Both the position numbers and the translations under genes were made by a program. The notes below the pieces were generated by a model. That model saw only the letters and a list, made by a program, of their open reading frames with translations, was not told the DNA's origin and did not search any database. Positions 28,195-38,185 of a stretch of DNA of 64,000 bases are shown in pieces (the first letter of the stretch is position 1; every line of letters begins with the position of its first letter). The stretch is from a virus, in IMG/VR virus record IMGVR_UViG_3300046501_000558, positions 17,478 to 81,477 of that record; one strand, written 5' to 3'.

Positions 28195-28442
28195 CCTTCC
28201 AATTTTTTAAAATAAGTAGCTAGGAAGTGAATAAATAACGTAACTAGCAGAACTAAAAATATGAAAGTTCCAAGTAGATTTTTATTTGCAATGAAGCTAC
28301 ATGAGGAAAGGATTGTTAAAACAATGATCCAACTTCTTTTACAGCTGGCCGTATATAAAATATGGTCGGGTAAAAAAGTACATATACCTGTGATGAGAAT
28401 AATCGTTAAACAAATAACGTTTTTAAGTGTGAAAAAGTCCAT
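28182..28442 (-). CDS. Putative holin
   Basis: 86 aa, three hydrophobic segments, overlaps endolysin start. Confidence 0.6.
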   Translation of the reverse strand: MDFFTLKNVICLTIILITGICTFLPDHILYTASCKRSWIIVLTILSSCSFIANKNLLGTFIFLVLLVTLFIHFLATYFKKLEGCDL

Positions 28443-28444
28443 GA

Positions 28445-28939
28445 TTAAGCCTCATCACGAAAGGTTTTTTTGATTCTTTCTAGATCTTCTTCAGTTACAC
28501 CTGTTTTCTCTTCTGCTTTTTTGATCATTGCAGCGTGGAATAAATGAATAATTGCAGGTGAAACGAAAGAAACGCCAGCTACCCAAAAAATGACACCAGT
28601 TGTAATTTCATTCTCTGAATGGATGTAATACACGAATGCAATAAAACCACAGGTGATAGAGATGAGTAATTTTATTGGCTTAGGTATTGGCTTTGCGCCG
28701 TATTGTGGCGTAGGAAAGAAGTAACCGATTGTTGAGCCTAAGATCAATACAATCACGCAAGCCACAGTCAGAATAAAATCACTATGGCTTGCGGTAGATT
28801 CTCGAAGGACTTCATTTGTTAGCAATGAAGCTGTTTTAGTGTCCTTGTTGAAGGCTGCAAAAGCAGCCTCGGTACAAGGGAGAAATAACCAGACGATGCG
28901 CCAAAGCAATGCACTGATTAGTTTTAAATTGTCGCTCAT
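28445..28939 (-). CDS. Putative holin/antiholin membrane protein
   Basis: Several TM segments and charged C-terminus within the lysis cassette. Confidence 0.55.
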   Translation of the reverse strand: MSDNLKLISALLWRIVWLFLPCTEAAFAAFNKDTKTASLLTNEVLRESTASHSDFILTVACVIVLILGSTIGYFFPTPQYGAKPIPKPIKLLISITCGFIAFVYYIHSENEITTGVIFWVAGVSFVSPAIIHLFHAAMIKKAEEKTGVTEEDLERIKKTFRDEA

Positions 28940-28950
28940 TATTAGCTCGC

Positions 28951-29217
28951 TTATCTGTAATTCGTTAAAAGTCGAATTAATTCAGCGTTCATTTGAGCAT
29001 TCTTCTTATCTTCCTCTTTTTTAACCTTCCACGCCTCTGACGCATAATATTCATCAATAAAGTTAAAAGGCAGATCTAAAACAGCATCTAAGTTGATATT
29101 ACTATCAATACTAAACTGTTGTATTTTCCTCCACCATGATTTCAAAAAGCCGTTTTGCTGGTCCCGTGATTGCAGAATTAATGCGAAATCGAACGGGTGC
29201 ATCATCTGTACCCCCAT
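28951..29217 (-). CDS. Small tail-assembly protein (start uncertain; possible frameshift extension)
   Basis: Overlaps the 3' end of 29111..29830 in another frame; W...Q......VLDLP pattern. Confidence 0.4.
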   Translation of the reverse strand: MGVQMMHPFDFALILQSRDQQNGFLKSWWRKIQQFSIDSNINLDAVLDLPFNFIDEYYASEAWKVKKEEDKKNAQMNAELIRLLTNYR

Positions 29218-29830
29218 TAATCTTGTTTAATACAATTCCTTTGTAATAACTGATATTTACAAGAGTTTGCAGCTGCTCTTCTAAATTGCGAAATTTATAA
29301 ATTAATTCGTTTAAAACTGGCTGATCAAGTTCATTTAATATATCAATTCGGTTTTTGATCATCTTGCCTGTATTGCCGACATCTTTTAATAGATCTGGTC
29401 GGATTGGTGGAAGTTCATCGCAACCAATTTGCATGCTCATGGCTCCTAAGATCCAATCCGCTGAATTTTCACAGCCAATTTCTAAAGCCTCTGCTTCAAT
29501 ACCTGTTAAATGTCTAACTTGAATATTATCGTCTTCAATTGGATCTCGTTTAAAAACACTCAGATCAGAATGAAGGAATTGCTTAATATCGATCGACTCA
29601 TCAATGTTTTTATCTTCAATAGCATCTAAGTAGGTTAGAAGGATTGCGTAACGCTCTTGAGTTGTTAGAGCACGGGCATTAACGTCTGAGCCTATGATTG
29701 CACCCAAACCCCGAGTAAGCATAGCTTCGAAGTGCGTTGATTTGAGTTTTGCCATATCTTGAATGACACTATTTTTTAAGTGATTAAATTTATAGTTGCG
29801 ATTCGCAATAGACTCTTGCATGAAGCTCAT
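29111..29830 (-). CDS. Putative tail/baseplate assembly protein
   Basis: Position in late operon; LT.QERYAILL.YL and VRHLTG.EAE.LE segments resembling P1-type tail proteins. Confidence 0.5.
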   Translation of the reverse strand: MSFMQESIANRNYKFNHLKNSVIQDMAKLKSTHFEAMLTRGLGAIIGSDVNARALTTQERYAILLTYLDAIEDKNIDESIDIKQFLHSDLSVFKRDPIEDDNIQVRHLTGIEAEALEIGCENSADWILGAMSMQIGCDELPPIRPDLLKDVGNTGKMIKNRIDILNELDQPVLNELIYKFRNLEEQLQTLVNISYYKGIVLNKINGGTDDAPVRFRINSAITGPAKRLFEIMVEENTTV

Positions 29831-29833
29831 AAG

Positions 29834-30610
29834 TTACCCCAAATAAAGTTTAGAAATATTGTTTTTATCCCAAGCTTCTCGGCTCAAGAAATTGACAGGT
29901 ATCGTGACAAACATTCGATTCCCTTCAGAATCCTTGGGCATGGTTAAAGATTCTGAATAGGTCTGAATAAGTAGTGGTGCATATCTTTTACCGCCGTAAT
30001 ACAAGGCAACGAACGGTGGAACTAGAGAAGGAAATAGTGATTCAAGTGTTTTTTCTTGCGCAAAGCTTGATAAAAGCGATTGGTCACTTAGATACTCTGG
30101 TAAGGACCACTGTTTTAATACATCTAATTGATCTTCTACTTCAGCCTTTGCATCTTCCCATGTCTCAAAATACAGGGTGAATGGAATGCTCACAGGATTT
30201 GTTGATGTGTAAATTTGCGTAGAGTTTTCTTTAGTTAAGTTGCTACGGCCAGCGAGTGAATTTAATTTTTCTTTAGTCGTATCACTCATATCAAAACCAA
30301 CTGTGCCGAGTACAGTATCAAGTGTATCGGCCCAATTACCAGACTGCAGCTGTCCCATCATAGTAGGAAACTTTTGCTCGGGATTCGAGTTTTCAAATGG
30401 TGATGAGTACTGATTATCAATATTCAGTTCACCATCTAAACCCAATGCTGTTACTTGATCGGCTTCACCTTCGATTAGGTTGCCTTTGTTGTCACAACGG
30501 CGGATCCTAACTAATAGATGGTCGTTTATAGATCCAAAATTAGATGAGTTTTTATATTGGGTTGATTCTTTGGGCGTGTTTTCAGGTTCAACTGGTGGAT
30601 TATAAGCCAT
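29834..30610 (-). CDS. Putative baseplate/tail-tube initiator protein
   Basis: YSSPFEN, TQIY....VSIPFTLYF, L.QWSLP, P.FV...YGG..Y.P..I tube-initiator pattern; first gene after a late promoter. Confidence 0.55.
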   Translation of the reverse strand: MAYNPPVEPENTPKESTQYKNSSNFGSINDHLLVRIRRCDNKGNLIEGEADQVTALGLDGELNIDNQYSSPFENSNPEQKFPTMMGQLQSGNWADTLDTVLGTVGFDMSDTTKEKLNSLAGRSNLTKENSTQIYTSTNPVSIPFTLYFETWEDAKAEVEDQLDVLKQWSLPEYLSDQSLLSSFAQEKTLESLFPSLVPPFVALYYGGKRYAPLLIQTYSESLTMPKDSEGNRMFVTIPVNFLSREAWDKNNISKLYLG

Positions 30611-30640
30611 GATGCACCGATAAAATGAATAATTAAACCC

Positions 30641-30681
30641 ATCTTATCGGCTAACAAACTGAGGTTTTTATTAAGATTCCA
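30641..30681 (-). promoter_or_regulatory. Putative late promoter (TGGAAT-N29-TAAGAT)
   Basis: Motif copy with 29-bp spacing. Confidence 0.65.
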
Positions 30682-30683
30682 TT

Positions 30684-31019
30684 CTATTTTTTAACATAGT
30701 TTGGAAAGGCTTTTAAAATATCTTTGCATAATTGGGCTTTAGGTGTTTCATCTTCGCGTTCTTCGAACTGACTAATACCAAATTTCAAAACTTCTTCAGT
30801 GTACTTATCGCCTAGCTCATGTCTTGAACATTTACCAACATCATGCATGAATTCTTTTGAATAATACCGATATTTACATTCATATTGTGCGCGGCTTAAA
30901 AAACCATGTAGTGCTACAATTTGCTCACAATATGTTGGCTCTTCCCCGTTTTTAGGTGCCAGCGCATATACTGATGTTCCAATGAATAAAGTACAAACCA
31001 TAATTAAGAATTTACGCAT
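30684..31019 (-). CDS. Secreted Cys-containing protein
   Basis: Signal peptide MRKFLIMVCTLFIGTSVYA; four further Cys. Confidence 0.65.
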   Translation of the reverse strand: MRKFLIMVCTLFIGTSVYALAPKNGEEPTYCEQIVALHGFLSRAQYECKYRYYSKEFMHDVGKCSRHELGDKYTEEVLKFGISQFEEREDETPKAQLCKDILKAFPNYVKK

Positions 31020-31159
31020 TATTTTCCCCGATAAAATTATTAGAAAGTAATAGTGATAATGTTGCGGGGCGTATTAAATAATAATTGTTTTTAAGTGTCT
31101 ATTAATAAAAGAAAAAGAGGGGAATTCCCCTCTTTCTAATGAATACTAAGTCACAAAAT

Positions 31160-31369
31160 CTAATTTATTACCTCTGTGACATACTTCATTTCCCAAGTTG
31201 GATGAAAAAATTTTGATTTATTTTCACCATCAAGTTTTATTGTTAAATGCATTGTGCCATCTTTACGTGTGCCAGTGATAACACCCGGTTTACCTGATGC
31301 AACTACATGCATGCCGCGCTTTGCGGGTACGCCGTACATTTTACGGATTGCTTCCATTGTGCCTTTCAT
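31160..31369 (-). CDS. Small phage protein
   Basis: IR..YGVPAKRG..V...GKPG.ITG...HPTW motif common in phages. Confidence 0.7.
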   Translation of the reverse strand: MKGTMEAIRKMYGVPAKRGMHVVASGKPGVITGTRKDGTMHLTIKLDGENKSKFFHPTWEMKYVTEVIN

Positions 31370-31400
31370 AACATTCCCCTAATAATTTATGTCACCCTAA

Positions 31401-31691
31401 TTAATCCTTCTTTTTGGGCTTTGGTATTTCTAAAGAACTAATTGTTTCCAAAATTAAAACCACAGCTTCATACTTAAGCTTATTTAAATCGTCATGAGGG
31501 GGATTAAAAAAACTAATAAAACCCGAAAAACTTGAGCATTCATCTTCCTCTTCAAGATGTATATTGTATTGATACGCTAACTCGAAAACTTCTTTGCGAA
31601 ATCTTAACGTTGCATTTTCATGTTCTATTTCAGCACGGCGATCAAGTATTAAATCCCGCTCTTCATCAGTTAATTCCATCATTGTAGCCAT
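31401..31691 (-). CDS. Hypothetical protein
   Basis: 96-aa ORF in minus-strand early region. Confidence 0.55.
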   Translation of the reverse strand: MATMMELTDEERDLILDRRAEIEHENATLRFRKEVFELAYQYNIHLEEEDECSSFSGFISFFNPPHDDLNKLKYEAVVLILETISSLEIPKPKKKD

Positions 31692-31806
31692 TAAAAACTT
31701 ACTCTATTTGTAGGAAGCATAATTCCTATAATTAACATTAAATATTCTGGTGAAGCAGTATTAATCTTAGTTAAAACTGCTTCACCAATAGAATCAATTT
31801 AAACCT

Positions 31807-32064
31807 TTATTTTTTGGTCATAACAAATTGGTTCGCATTAAAAGCCATATGAACTTTGGCTCTTGCTTGCCATGAAATCCACCCAAAATTGAAACGTTCA
31901 GCTGCTTGCATAACAATTAAGTGGTCTGCATATTGATATTTTGGCATATAAGCATTTAATGCAGCTATATACTCAACACGCTCGAATAGCAGATCAGTTT
32001 TTTGTTCCTGAGCTAATTCAAAAAGTTTTCTTTCCTGAAGCAGATCAATTTGATTACTGCTCAT
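31807..32064 (-). CDS. Hypothetical protein
   Basis: 85 aa; GWISWQARA motif frequent in phage early proteins. Confidence 0.6.
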   Translation of the reverse strand: MSSNQIDLLQERKLFELAQEQKTDLLFERVEYIAALNAYMPKYQYADHLIVMQAAERFNFGWISWQARAKVHMAFNANQFVMTKK

Positions 32065-32632
32065 TTTTAGATTTCACCATTGTTTGACCTGATTCAATGA
32101 GTGCTTTATAAGCCTTTAAGTACTTTTCAGGATTACCATATTTAAAAAACCAAAGAGCATTTAATAAATTAAACCAATCATCTTGTGTTCCAAATTTCGG
32201 CAACCAATAACAAGAAATTTTCTCTTTTAACCTTTCTATGTAAACTTCTTCGCCAGCTTCCCATTTACCCTTATCACCTGTTCGCAAGTAATTTAAATAA
32301 CGTTCAACAATGACCTTAGATTTATCAGCGCAGCATGAACCGCCTTCAAAGAGGGTGCTTAGTTTTTCTATATGATCTTCGTAAAACTGAAAGTCGAGAA
32401 ATATATCTGTATATTCTTCCTTAACCCCTTTTACAGTTTTAACTGCTTCCTCAATCGCGTTATTCATCTTATATAAGAACATGAACTTGAAAGTAGTTGG
32501 TGATTCAAATAGTTCAGGTTTACCGTTTAGTAGTTTAAATAGTGGATGGGTTTGGGCCTCTAGGCTCTGATGTTCCAATAATGCCCCAAAAATTGAATTT
32601 AAGCCCTGTTCGATGTTTTCTGTTTTAGCCAT
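32054..32632 (-). CDS. Hypothetical protein
   Basis: 192-aa ORF with overlapping neighbour. Confidence 0.6.
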   Translation of the reverse strand: MAKTENIEQGLNSIFGALLEHQSLEAQTHPLFKLLNGKPELFESPTTFKFMFLYKMNNAIEEAVKTVKGVKEEYTDIFLDFQFYEDHIEKLSTLFEGGSCCADKSKVIVERYLNYLRTGDKGKWEAGEEVYIERLKEKISCYWLPKFGTQDDWFNLLNALWFFKYGNPEKYLKAYKALIESGQTMVKSKNEQ

Positions 32633-32664
32633 TGCTATGATGTTCCTAATTTAAAAATAATGGT

Positions 32665-33210
32665 TTACCAAGGAAAAATTACCGCTTCATCAGCTGGGTA
32701 ATAGCAAAGAGGCGTTATACAGTTTTTGATTTTTTCGTTTAGCTCATTAAAAGCCTTTTGAATCTCTTCTGGAAGATCAATGCCATCAGGTAAATGTTCA
32801 TCGTAAATGTCTTCAGGTTTGATTTGATCAGCATATTGAGGTGTTACAAAGACAAGCATTAAATCCCTTTCGTTTTGCTGCATTTCCTCCATGTAATCAA
32901 GTAAAGCTTGGCGACTTTCAGAAAAAAACCATTTATCTGCTGCAATTGAATAAATATGCTCCCCTTCCCATACGCGCTTAGGGAACTTCTCATAATTTTC
33001 ACGCTGGTTTATAACCTGACATTCTTCACATGGGCTCTTTTTAGGAATGGTATGACCGCGGTGGCATTTACGGTGTGTAGAACCATCATAGCGAGCTAAA
33101 GACTCATCTAAATATGATTTACCGCTTCTTGATACCCAAATTGTAGTTTGAACAGGATTCGCTGAGATTTGATCCGTTGGCAATATAACTTCAGACATTA
33201 GTTTCCCCAT
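32665..33210 (-). CDS. Hypothetical phage protein with Zn-ribbon-like motif
   Basis: WVSRSG..Y.DE..ARYDGSTH.KC..GH...C..C. Confidence 0.65.
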   Translation of the reverse strand: MGKLMSEVILPTDQISANPVQTTIWVSRSGKSYLDESLARYDGSTHRKCHRGHTIPKKSPCEECQVINQRENYEKFPKRVWEGEHIYSIAADKWFFSESRQALLDYMEEMQQNERDLMLVFVTPQYADQIKPEDIYDEHLPDGIDLPEEIQKAFNELNEKIKNCITPLCYYPADEAVIFPW

Positions 33211-33790
33211 TAGTGCAATAAAATGTTTCTTTCATGGCCTTTTGAAAAGCCTTTATATATTCCTCAAGCTGAATAAACTCGGGGTTAATTTTTTTCTGGA
33301 AAACTGAACCTTCATACCAATTTGAACCAAATAATTTTTCGAAAAATTCATATGTAGATTCATTGTGATAGATGAAGTCCATGCCTAAACAATGCTCGTT
33401 ATTTATTACCGCATCATAGGCATAACGTAGGATATCGTGAAAGTTCGAGTCCTCATCTTCATCACTGAACAATAGTTCTTTAATACGATCCCGATATTCT
33501 CGATATATGAACTTTAAAAAACTTTCGAGGTCTGTATCATCAACTTGATACGGCTTTTTAAATAGCTTTTCGACTAAATATGAAGGTGTTGCGGTCGCTA
33601 GAAATTCTTTCATAGGCATACCCATATTTGCCCAAGAGTATGAACCTAGATAATCATCATCAATATTAAAAAGAACTTTTCCGCTTTTCTCACCTGTAGG
33701 CATCAGGGTTACAGTTATCGGTATATAAAGTTCACGGTCATAAAAGTTAATAACTTCTTCAGTCGTCACAGACAAATTATACTTTTTCAT
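33191..33790 (-). CDS. Hypothetical protein (probable paralogue of 33777..34382)
   Basis: SYSWANMG.PMKEFLA.A...YLV.KLF segment. Confidence 0.6.
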   Translation of the reverse strand: MKKYNLSVTTEEVINFYDRELYIPITVTLMPTGEKSGKVLFNIDDDYLGSYSWANMGMPMKEFLATATPSYLVEKLFKKPYQVDDTDLESFLKFIYREYRDRIKELLFSDEDEDSNFHDILRYAYDAVINNEHCLGMDFIYHNESTYEFFEKLFGSNWYEGSVFQKKINPEFIQLEEYIKAFQKAMKETFYCTNGETNV

Positions 33791-34382
33791 TCATTTGCCC
33801 TTTTAAAAATTGTTGGAATGCGGCAATCATCTTGTATTGATATTTATATGCTTCGCATGGTTTTTCAGGGCTAATTGAAGACCACCAAAAATCCTCCCCA
33901 AACATTCTATTTAGGATTTCATTTGTCTCAGTGGTTAAGTCCTTACATGCAACATTGGGATCATCAAACTCGCCAACTTCCTTTAGTTCATCAAAAACAA
34001 GACGCAGCTCATTTTTAGAAATTTCGCCCGACTGTCTCGCTTCAAAAATCAATTCACGATTATTTGAATAAGCCCATTCTATTAATTCTTCACCGTTTTC
34101 AACATTTGTGGTGCCATAACTCCCAAATAATCGGGTAACTATACTGCTTGTATTGGTATCAGCAAGAAACGCTTTCAAAGTGGTGTTATCGCCGTTGGAA
34201 TAATACGTAGTACCAACATGATTAGGCAGAATGACCGTAAAATTACCGCCTCCTGTACTACCATCTTTTACAGTGGCATCATTCGGTTCAATCATGACTT
34301 TCATCCACTCTTGACCGTTTAACATTTTAGTAAGAGTGAAACACTCAATTAGCTTTAAGTTAGCTTCTAATTTAATTGTCAT
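33777..34382 (-). CDS. Hypothetical protein (probable paralogue of 33191..33790)
   Basis: TTYYSNG..TTLKAFLA.T....IV.RLF segment. Confidence 0.6.
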   Translation of the reverse strand: MTIKLEANLKLIECFTLTKMLNGQEWMKVMIEPNDATVKDGSTGGGNFTVILPNHVGTTYYSNGDNTTLKAFLADTNTSSIVTRLFGSYGTTNVENGEELIEWAYSNNRELIFEARQSGEISKNELRLVFDELKEVGEFDDPNVACKDLTTETNEILNRMFGEDFWWSSISPEKPCEAYKYQYKMIAAFQQFLKGQMNEKV

Positions 34383-34531
34383 TGATTAATACCGGTATTG
34401 AGATTCTTTAAAACGTACGTGGGCGCAATATCTTTCCACTTCATGCAAAGAAACATCCTGAAAGATCCACGGTGTAGCTTTTTTACTATTTATCGTTAAA
34501 ACACGACTTTTAGAGCTATATGTAAAACCCA

Positions 34532-35218
34532 TTACGACACCTGCTCTAAAGCTTTTCTTATGAACTGATCAAGATCATTACGACCAAGCATGTAATGCAC
34601 GTAATCCTTTGGCAACTCTACAATTGGAATACCTTTATGCTTGCCAAATGGCATGATTGAAGGGGTTTGAATGGCTTCAGCTGTAATCACAAAGCTATTT
34701 AAATCTTGTACGGCTAACTTCTGGATAATCTGATTTAGTACACCAGCTGTAAGCATAATATCGACGGCGGCTGAATGAGCCCCACGGATATAATTACGTA
34801 TCTTTTCTTTGTCCTTAGCAAAGTAATATGACAATGCGCTAAGCGAGTGAGAGTCTAGCTCGGGCCACAATTTGCGGGCTAAGGCTAGTGTGCAAATTGC
34901 TTTGATTTGCTTAGTATCTGTGCCTGCACGATTTAAACTTTTAATATCATAATCAATGTTATGGCCGATCATATAAATCGTTTCAGGTGGCAGTTTAAAA
35001 GTGCTGCAGTGCGGTTGCCCTTCTATTTCCGATTCTAAAATGTGATGAACTGCCATGGCACCAAGCTCGATAGGTTCACCACAAGAATAGTATTTTTGAA
35101 ATATCTGCTCTTTTTCGGCTTTAACCTTTCGGTCAACGATGACGCAAGGCATATATGCAATTTCGATTGGCAAGCCATTAAGTTTATGCGTTTCGGTATC
35201 AAGAATGATGGCTTTCAT
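34532..35218 (-). CDS. DEDDh 3'-5' exonuclease (ExoX-like)
   Basis: ILDTET, GHNIDYD, AHSAAVD, C-terminal MPFGKHKG. Confidence 0.92.
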   Translation of the reverse strand: MKAIILDTETHKLNGLPIEIAYMPCVIVDRKVKAEKEQIFQKYYSCGEPIELGAMAVHHILESEIEGQPHCSTFKLPPETIYMIGHNIDYDIKSLNRAGTDTKQIKAICTLALARKLWPELDSHSLSALSYYFAKDKEKIRNYIRGAHSAAVDIMLTAGVLNQIIQKLAVQDLNSFVITAEAIQTPSIMPFGKHKGIPIVELPKDYVHYMLGRNDLDQFIRKALEQVS

Positions 35219-35517
35219 TGCGTAACCTCAACAACTGGTGAGGCTGAATGTACTACGCAAACTTCAGCATGCAGCGTGAAGTCGTTATAAAACTCTTCAT
35301 TAATAAAAACGCTGATTGTTGAAGTAAAGCCTTTCTTTAAGCTTTCTTTATCCTGACTAGCCTTTTCGTCTGAATATAGCTGAATAGCTGCAGAAATATA
35401 TTCATCGTCTAGTCGACCAGCTTCATGAAGCAATTCCAAATACTCATTTTCAATGGCAACGGCGTCTTTAAATTCCCGTAGTCCAGAAAAATCAACGTGC
35501 AATTTTTTAATTTTCAA
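35215..35517 (-). CDS. Hypothetical protein
   Basis: First gene of a minus-strand operon, downstream of an operator cluster. Confidence 0.55.
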   Translation of the reverse strand: MKIKKLHVDFSGLREFKDAVAIENEYLELLHEAGRLDDEYISAAIQLYSDEKASQDKESLKKGFTSTISVFINEEFYNDFTLHAEVCVVHSASPVVEVTQ

Positions 35518-35559
35518 TGATTTCCCCTATTAAAGTTAAATGAAAAATTATTCAAACGA

Positions 35560-35625
35560 ATACATTAATGCATATATTATGCATTAATGTATAAAATGTA
35601 TAGATAAAAATGCATTTAATGTATT
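35560..35625. promoter_or_regulatory. Cluster of ATRCA-N4-TGYAT operators
   Basis: ATACATTAATGCAT (35560) and ATGCATTAATGTAT (35579). Confidence 0.6.
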
Positions 35626-35754
35626 TTTTAAGGTGGGTATTGGGTTTTATTAAGAATAATTGTTTAGAAATCACATAAGTCGTTATAAATATTTATAATA
35701 TTTTATGATTTAAAAAATTAATTCAATTATTTAGAACTTAGATAAGAGACCAAG

Positions 35755-37581
35755 ATGACTACTGACGAAAAATCAAAAAGGGATTTATTTTTAGAATGTG
35801 ATTGGACTTATGATCTTGAAAAATATAAAAACTATAACTACACATCACTTTGTTTGAGCCTTCATCAAGCTGCAACTGGTATGCAGGAATCGGGAAAGGT
35901 TAAACATTATGAAGTTCTTTTATTTCTTTCATATATTGCATCTCTATCTTTTGTTCCTGAAAGACAACATGAGCCATATAAGCATGCTTCAGAGAGTCTA
36001 AGGGAACAATTAGCGGCTTTTAGGCCAGACCATATGATAGATGAAGATTTTATATTTTTAGAGTCAATTTTAGATGATGTTAAACATCCCCTGCTAAAGG
36101 CAAGATTAGCGGATTTGCTATGGGTTTATAATAAACCTAAAAATCATCTTCATGCCCGTAAAGCAATTGATGCTTATATAGAATTACCCATAGATCACCA
36201 TTGGAATGATGGTATTGATATAGGTTGGGACCGAGCGATAACGTTAAGTTTGCAATTAAGAGATAATTCTCGTTTAGATAGGATTAAAGCAGAAATGTTT
36301 GATGCTCTTAAAAGAGAAATATCAAATCCTGAAAATCATTTTTTAAGCCTTACAATTGGGAGAATGCTTAATAGAACTGGGATAGATCAAGATTATAGAG
36401 AGCTGCTTGCAGAATTATTTTTTACTCATGGGGAATGTTTGAAAGGCAAACATAGTTATGGGTTAGCGAGACAATTCTATGATTTGGCAGTTAAGAAATA
36501 TTATCAGGTTAAAGATGAAGAGAGCTGGGCTAATTCACTATTAGCCATTGCAGAATGTTTTGAATTGGAAGCTGAAGCTTATCCAACCCCAATGCAAGCT
36601 CATGAATCATATGAAAGAGCATTACTTGCTTATAGAGCAATTCCTAACGAGAATCGAAAAAAATTAGGGATAGAAGATAAAATAGACGATATTCAGAGAA
36701 AAATAGCCCAAGCTGGTAAAGACTCCTTAGCTTATATGGTTCGAATTCCATATCCAAAGGCTGATTTCTCAGATATTGAGTTAGAGGCCAAAAACTATGT
36801 TAGTGAAAAGAGTGCGCCAATTAATGCTTTATTTTCTTTTGTAAAATTATACCAAGGTCCTAATTGTGAAGAGATTGAAAATATTGCAAAACAATCGTTA
36901 CAACAATCATTTTTTTCAGGTTTATCACCAATAAAACTTTTAGATCGAGGGGGGCGTGTTTTAGCTAGAACTCCTGCAGCTCACAAATTTGGACCATTGG
37001 ACGGTTCAATTAATGAAGAAGCATTAGAAGATAAAATATACGAATTATTTAAATTAGAAGTTTCAAGAATTGTTCAGCATTTGATTATGCCTGCTTTAGA
37101 GCAACTAACTCATGAATATAGAATTAGCAAAGATCTATTAAGGGCTATTTGTGAAGCATCACCGATTATTCCACGTGACCGGATCATGTTAATGGTTGAT
37201 GCACTTTGGTATGGGTTTGAATACGAATTTGCTGCTTCAATACACTTACTTTGCCCACAAATTGAAAATATAGTCAGAAATGAGTTAGATAAAAGAGGTG
37301 CAATAACCCTAACACGTGGTGAGGATGGCGCAACAAATGAAAATGGATTAAGTACATTAATGAAAGACCCCAAAATTGTAGATATTTTGGGTAAAAATCT
37401 TTCTTTTGAAATTGAATTTATTTTTTGTAAAGTACATGGTTTTAACTTAAGAAATAATGTTGCTCATGGTTTATTGGATGATGCTGAGGCTACAAGTTCA
37501 GTTGGATGCATATACGCTTGGTGGATGACGTTAAGAATAATTTTAAAGAACTGGCATTATAAACAAATTAACTTTGGTTGA
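35755..37581 (+). CDS. DUF4209-domain protein (candidate defence moron)
   Basis: LKARLADLLW N-terminal region; SIHLLCPQIEN.VR..L and G.NLRNNVAHG.L (HEPN-like Rx4H) C-terminus. Confidence 0.75.
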   Translation: MTTDEKSKRDLFLECDWTYDLEKYKNYNYTSLCLSLHQAATGMQESGKVKHYEVLLFLSYIASLSFVPERQHEPYKHASESLREQLAAFRPDHMIDEDFIFLESILDDVKHPLLKARLADLLWVYNKPKNHLHARKAIDAYIELPIDHHWNDGIDIGWDRAITLSLQLRDNSRLDRIKAEMFDALKREISNPENHFLSLTIGRMLNRTGIDQDYRELLAELFFTHGECLKGKHSYGLARQFYDLAVKKYYQVKDEESWANSLLAIAECFELEAEAYPTPMQAHESYERALLAYRAIPNENRKKLGIEDKIDDIQRKIAQAGKDSLAYMVRIPYPKADFSDIELEAKNYVSEKSAPINALFSFVKLYQGPNCEEIENIAKQSLQQSFFSGLSPIKLLDRGGRVLARTPAAHKFGPLDGSINEEALEDKIYELFKLEVSRIVQHLIMPALEQLTHEYRISKDLLRAICEASPIIPRDRIMLMVDALWYGFEYEFAASIHLLCPQIENIVRNELDKRGAITLTRGEDGATNENGLSTLMKDPKIVDILGKNLSFEIEFIFCKVHGFNLRNNVAHGLLDDAEATSSVGCIYAWWMTLRIILKNWHYKQINFG

Positions 37582-37612
37582 GTTTTGCAGTAATTGCCCT
37601 CCGTAGAGGGCT

Positions 37613-38185
37613 TTAATCACAGCTTTTTAGCTCAAATGCAGCCACTAAAAAATATCTAAATATACTTTCTCTTTGGTCAAGGTTATCTGTACTTAGTAGT
37701 TGCGTTAAGGTTCCATCCATTATATATAACAACAATAGTGCATCATGTTTGGTTGCACTTACTTTTATCGGGCTAATCAGTTCAAAAATCTCATTTATTA
37801 ACCATTTTCTATATGAAATGATAAAATTATAAGCATCAGGAAAATCATTTTTAATTTCATAAATTCCTTTGAAGAGTAAGAAATAATCACCTTTCAAGTC
37901 GGTATGAGTAAAAAATATCTTTTTTAGTTTATCAACTTCCGAAATATCATGAGTTAAATCTTTGATATGAATGATTTGTTCGGTTAGTTTTTCTTTTTGA
38001 TATTTTACACATGCATTTATTAATTTCTCTTTGGAGGGGAAATATTTATAAAGTGTCATTTTAGAAATACTTCCCTCATTTACAATTGTATTTACGCCTA
38101 CATTATGAAATCCATATTGAGTGAAAAGCATGCAAGATGTTTGAAATAAATTTAATATTTTATTATTACTTATTTTGTTAGACAT
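37613..38185 (-). CDS. TetR/AcrR family regulator
   Basis: LF.QYGFHNVGVNTIV....ISKMTLYKYFPSKEKLI. Confidence 0.88.
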   Translation of the reverse strand: MSNKISNNKILNLFQTSCMLFTQYGFHNVGVNTIVNEGSISKMTLYKYFPSKEKLINACVKYQKEKLTEQIIHIKDLTHDISEVDKLKKIFFTHTDLKGDYFLLFKGIYEIKNDFPDAYNFIISYRKWLINEIFELISPIKVSATKHDALLLLYIMDGTLTQLLSTDNLDQRESIFRYFLVAAFELKSCD

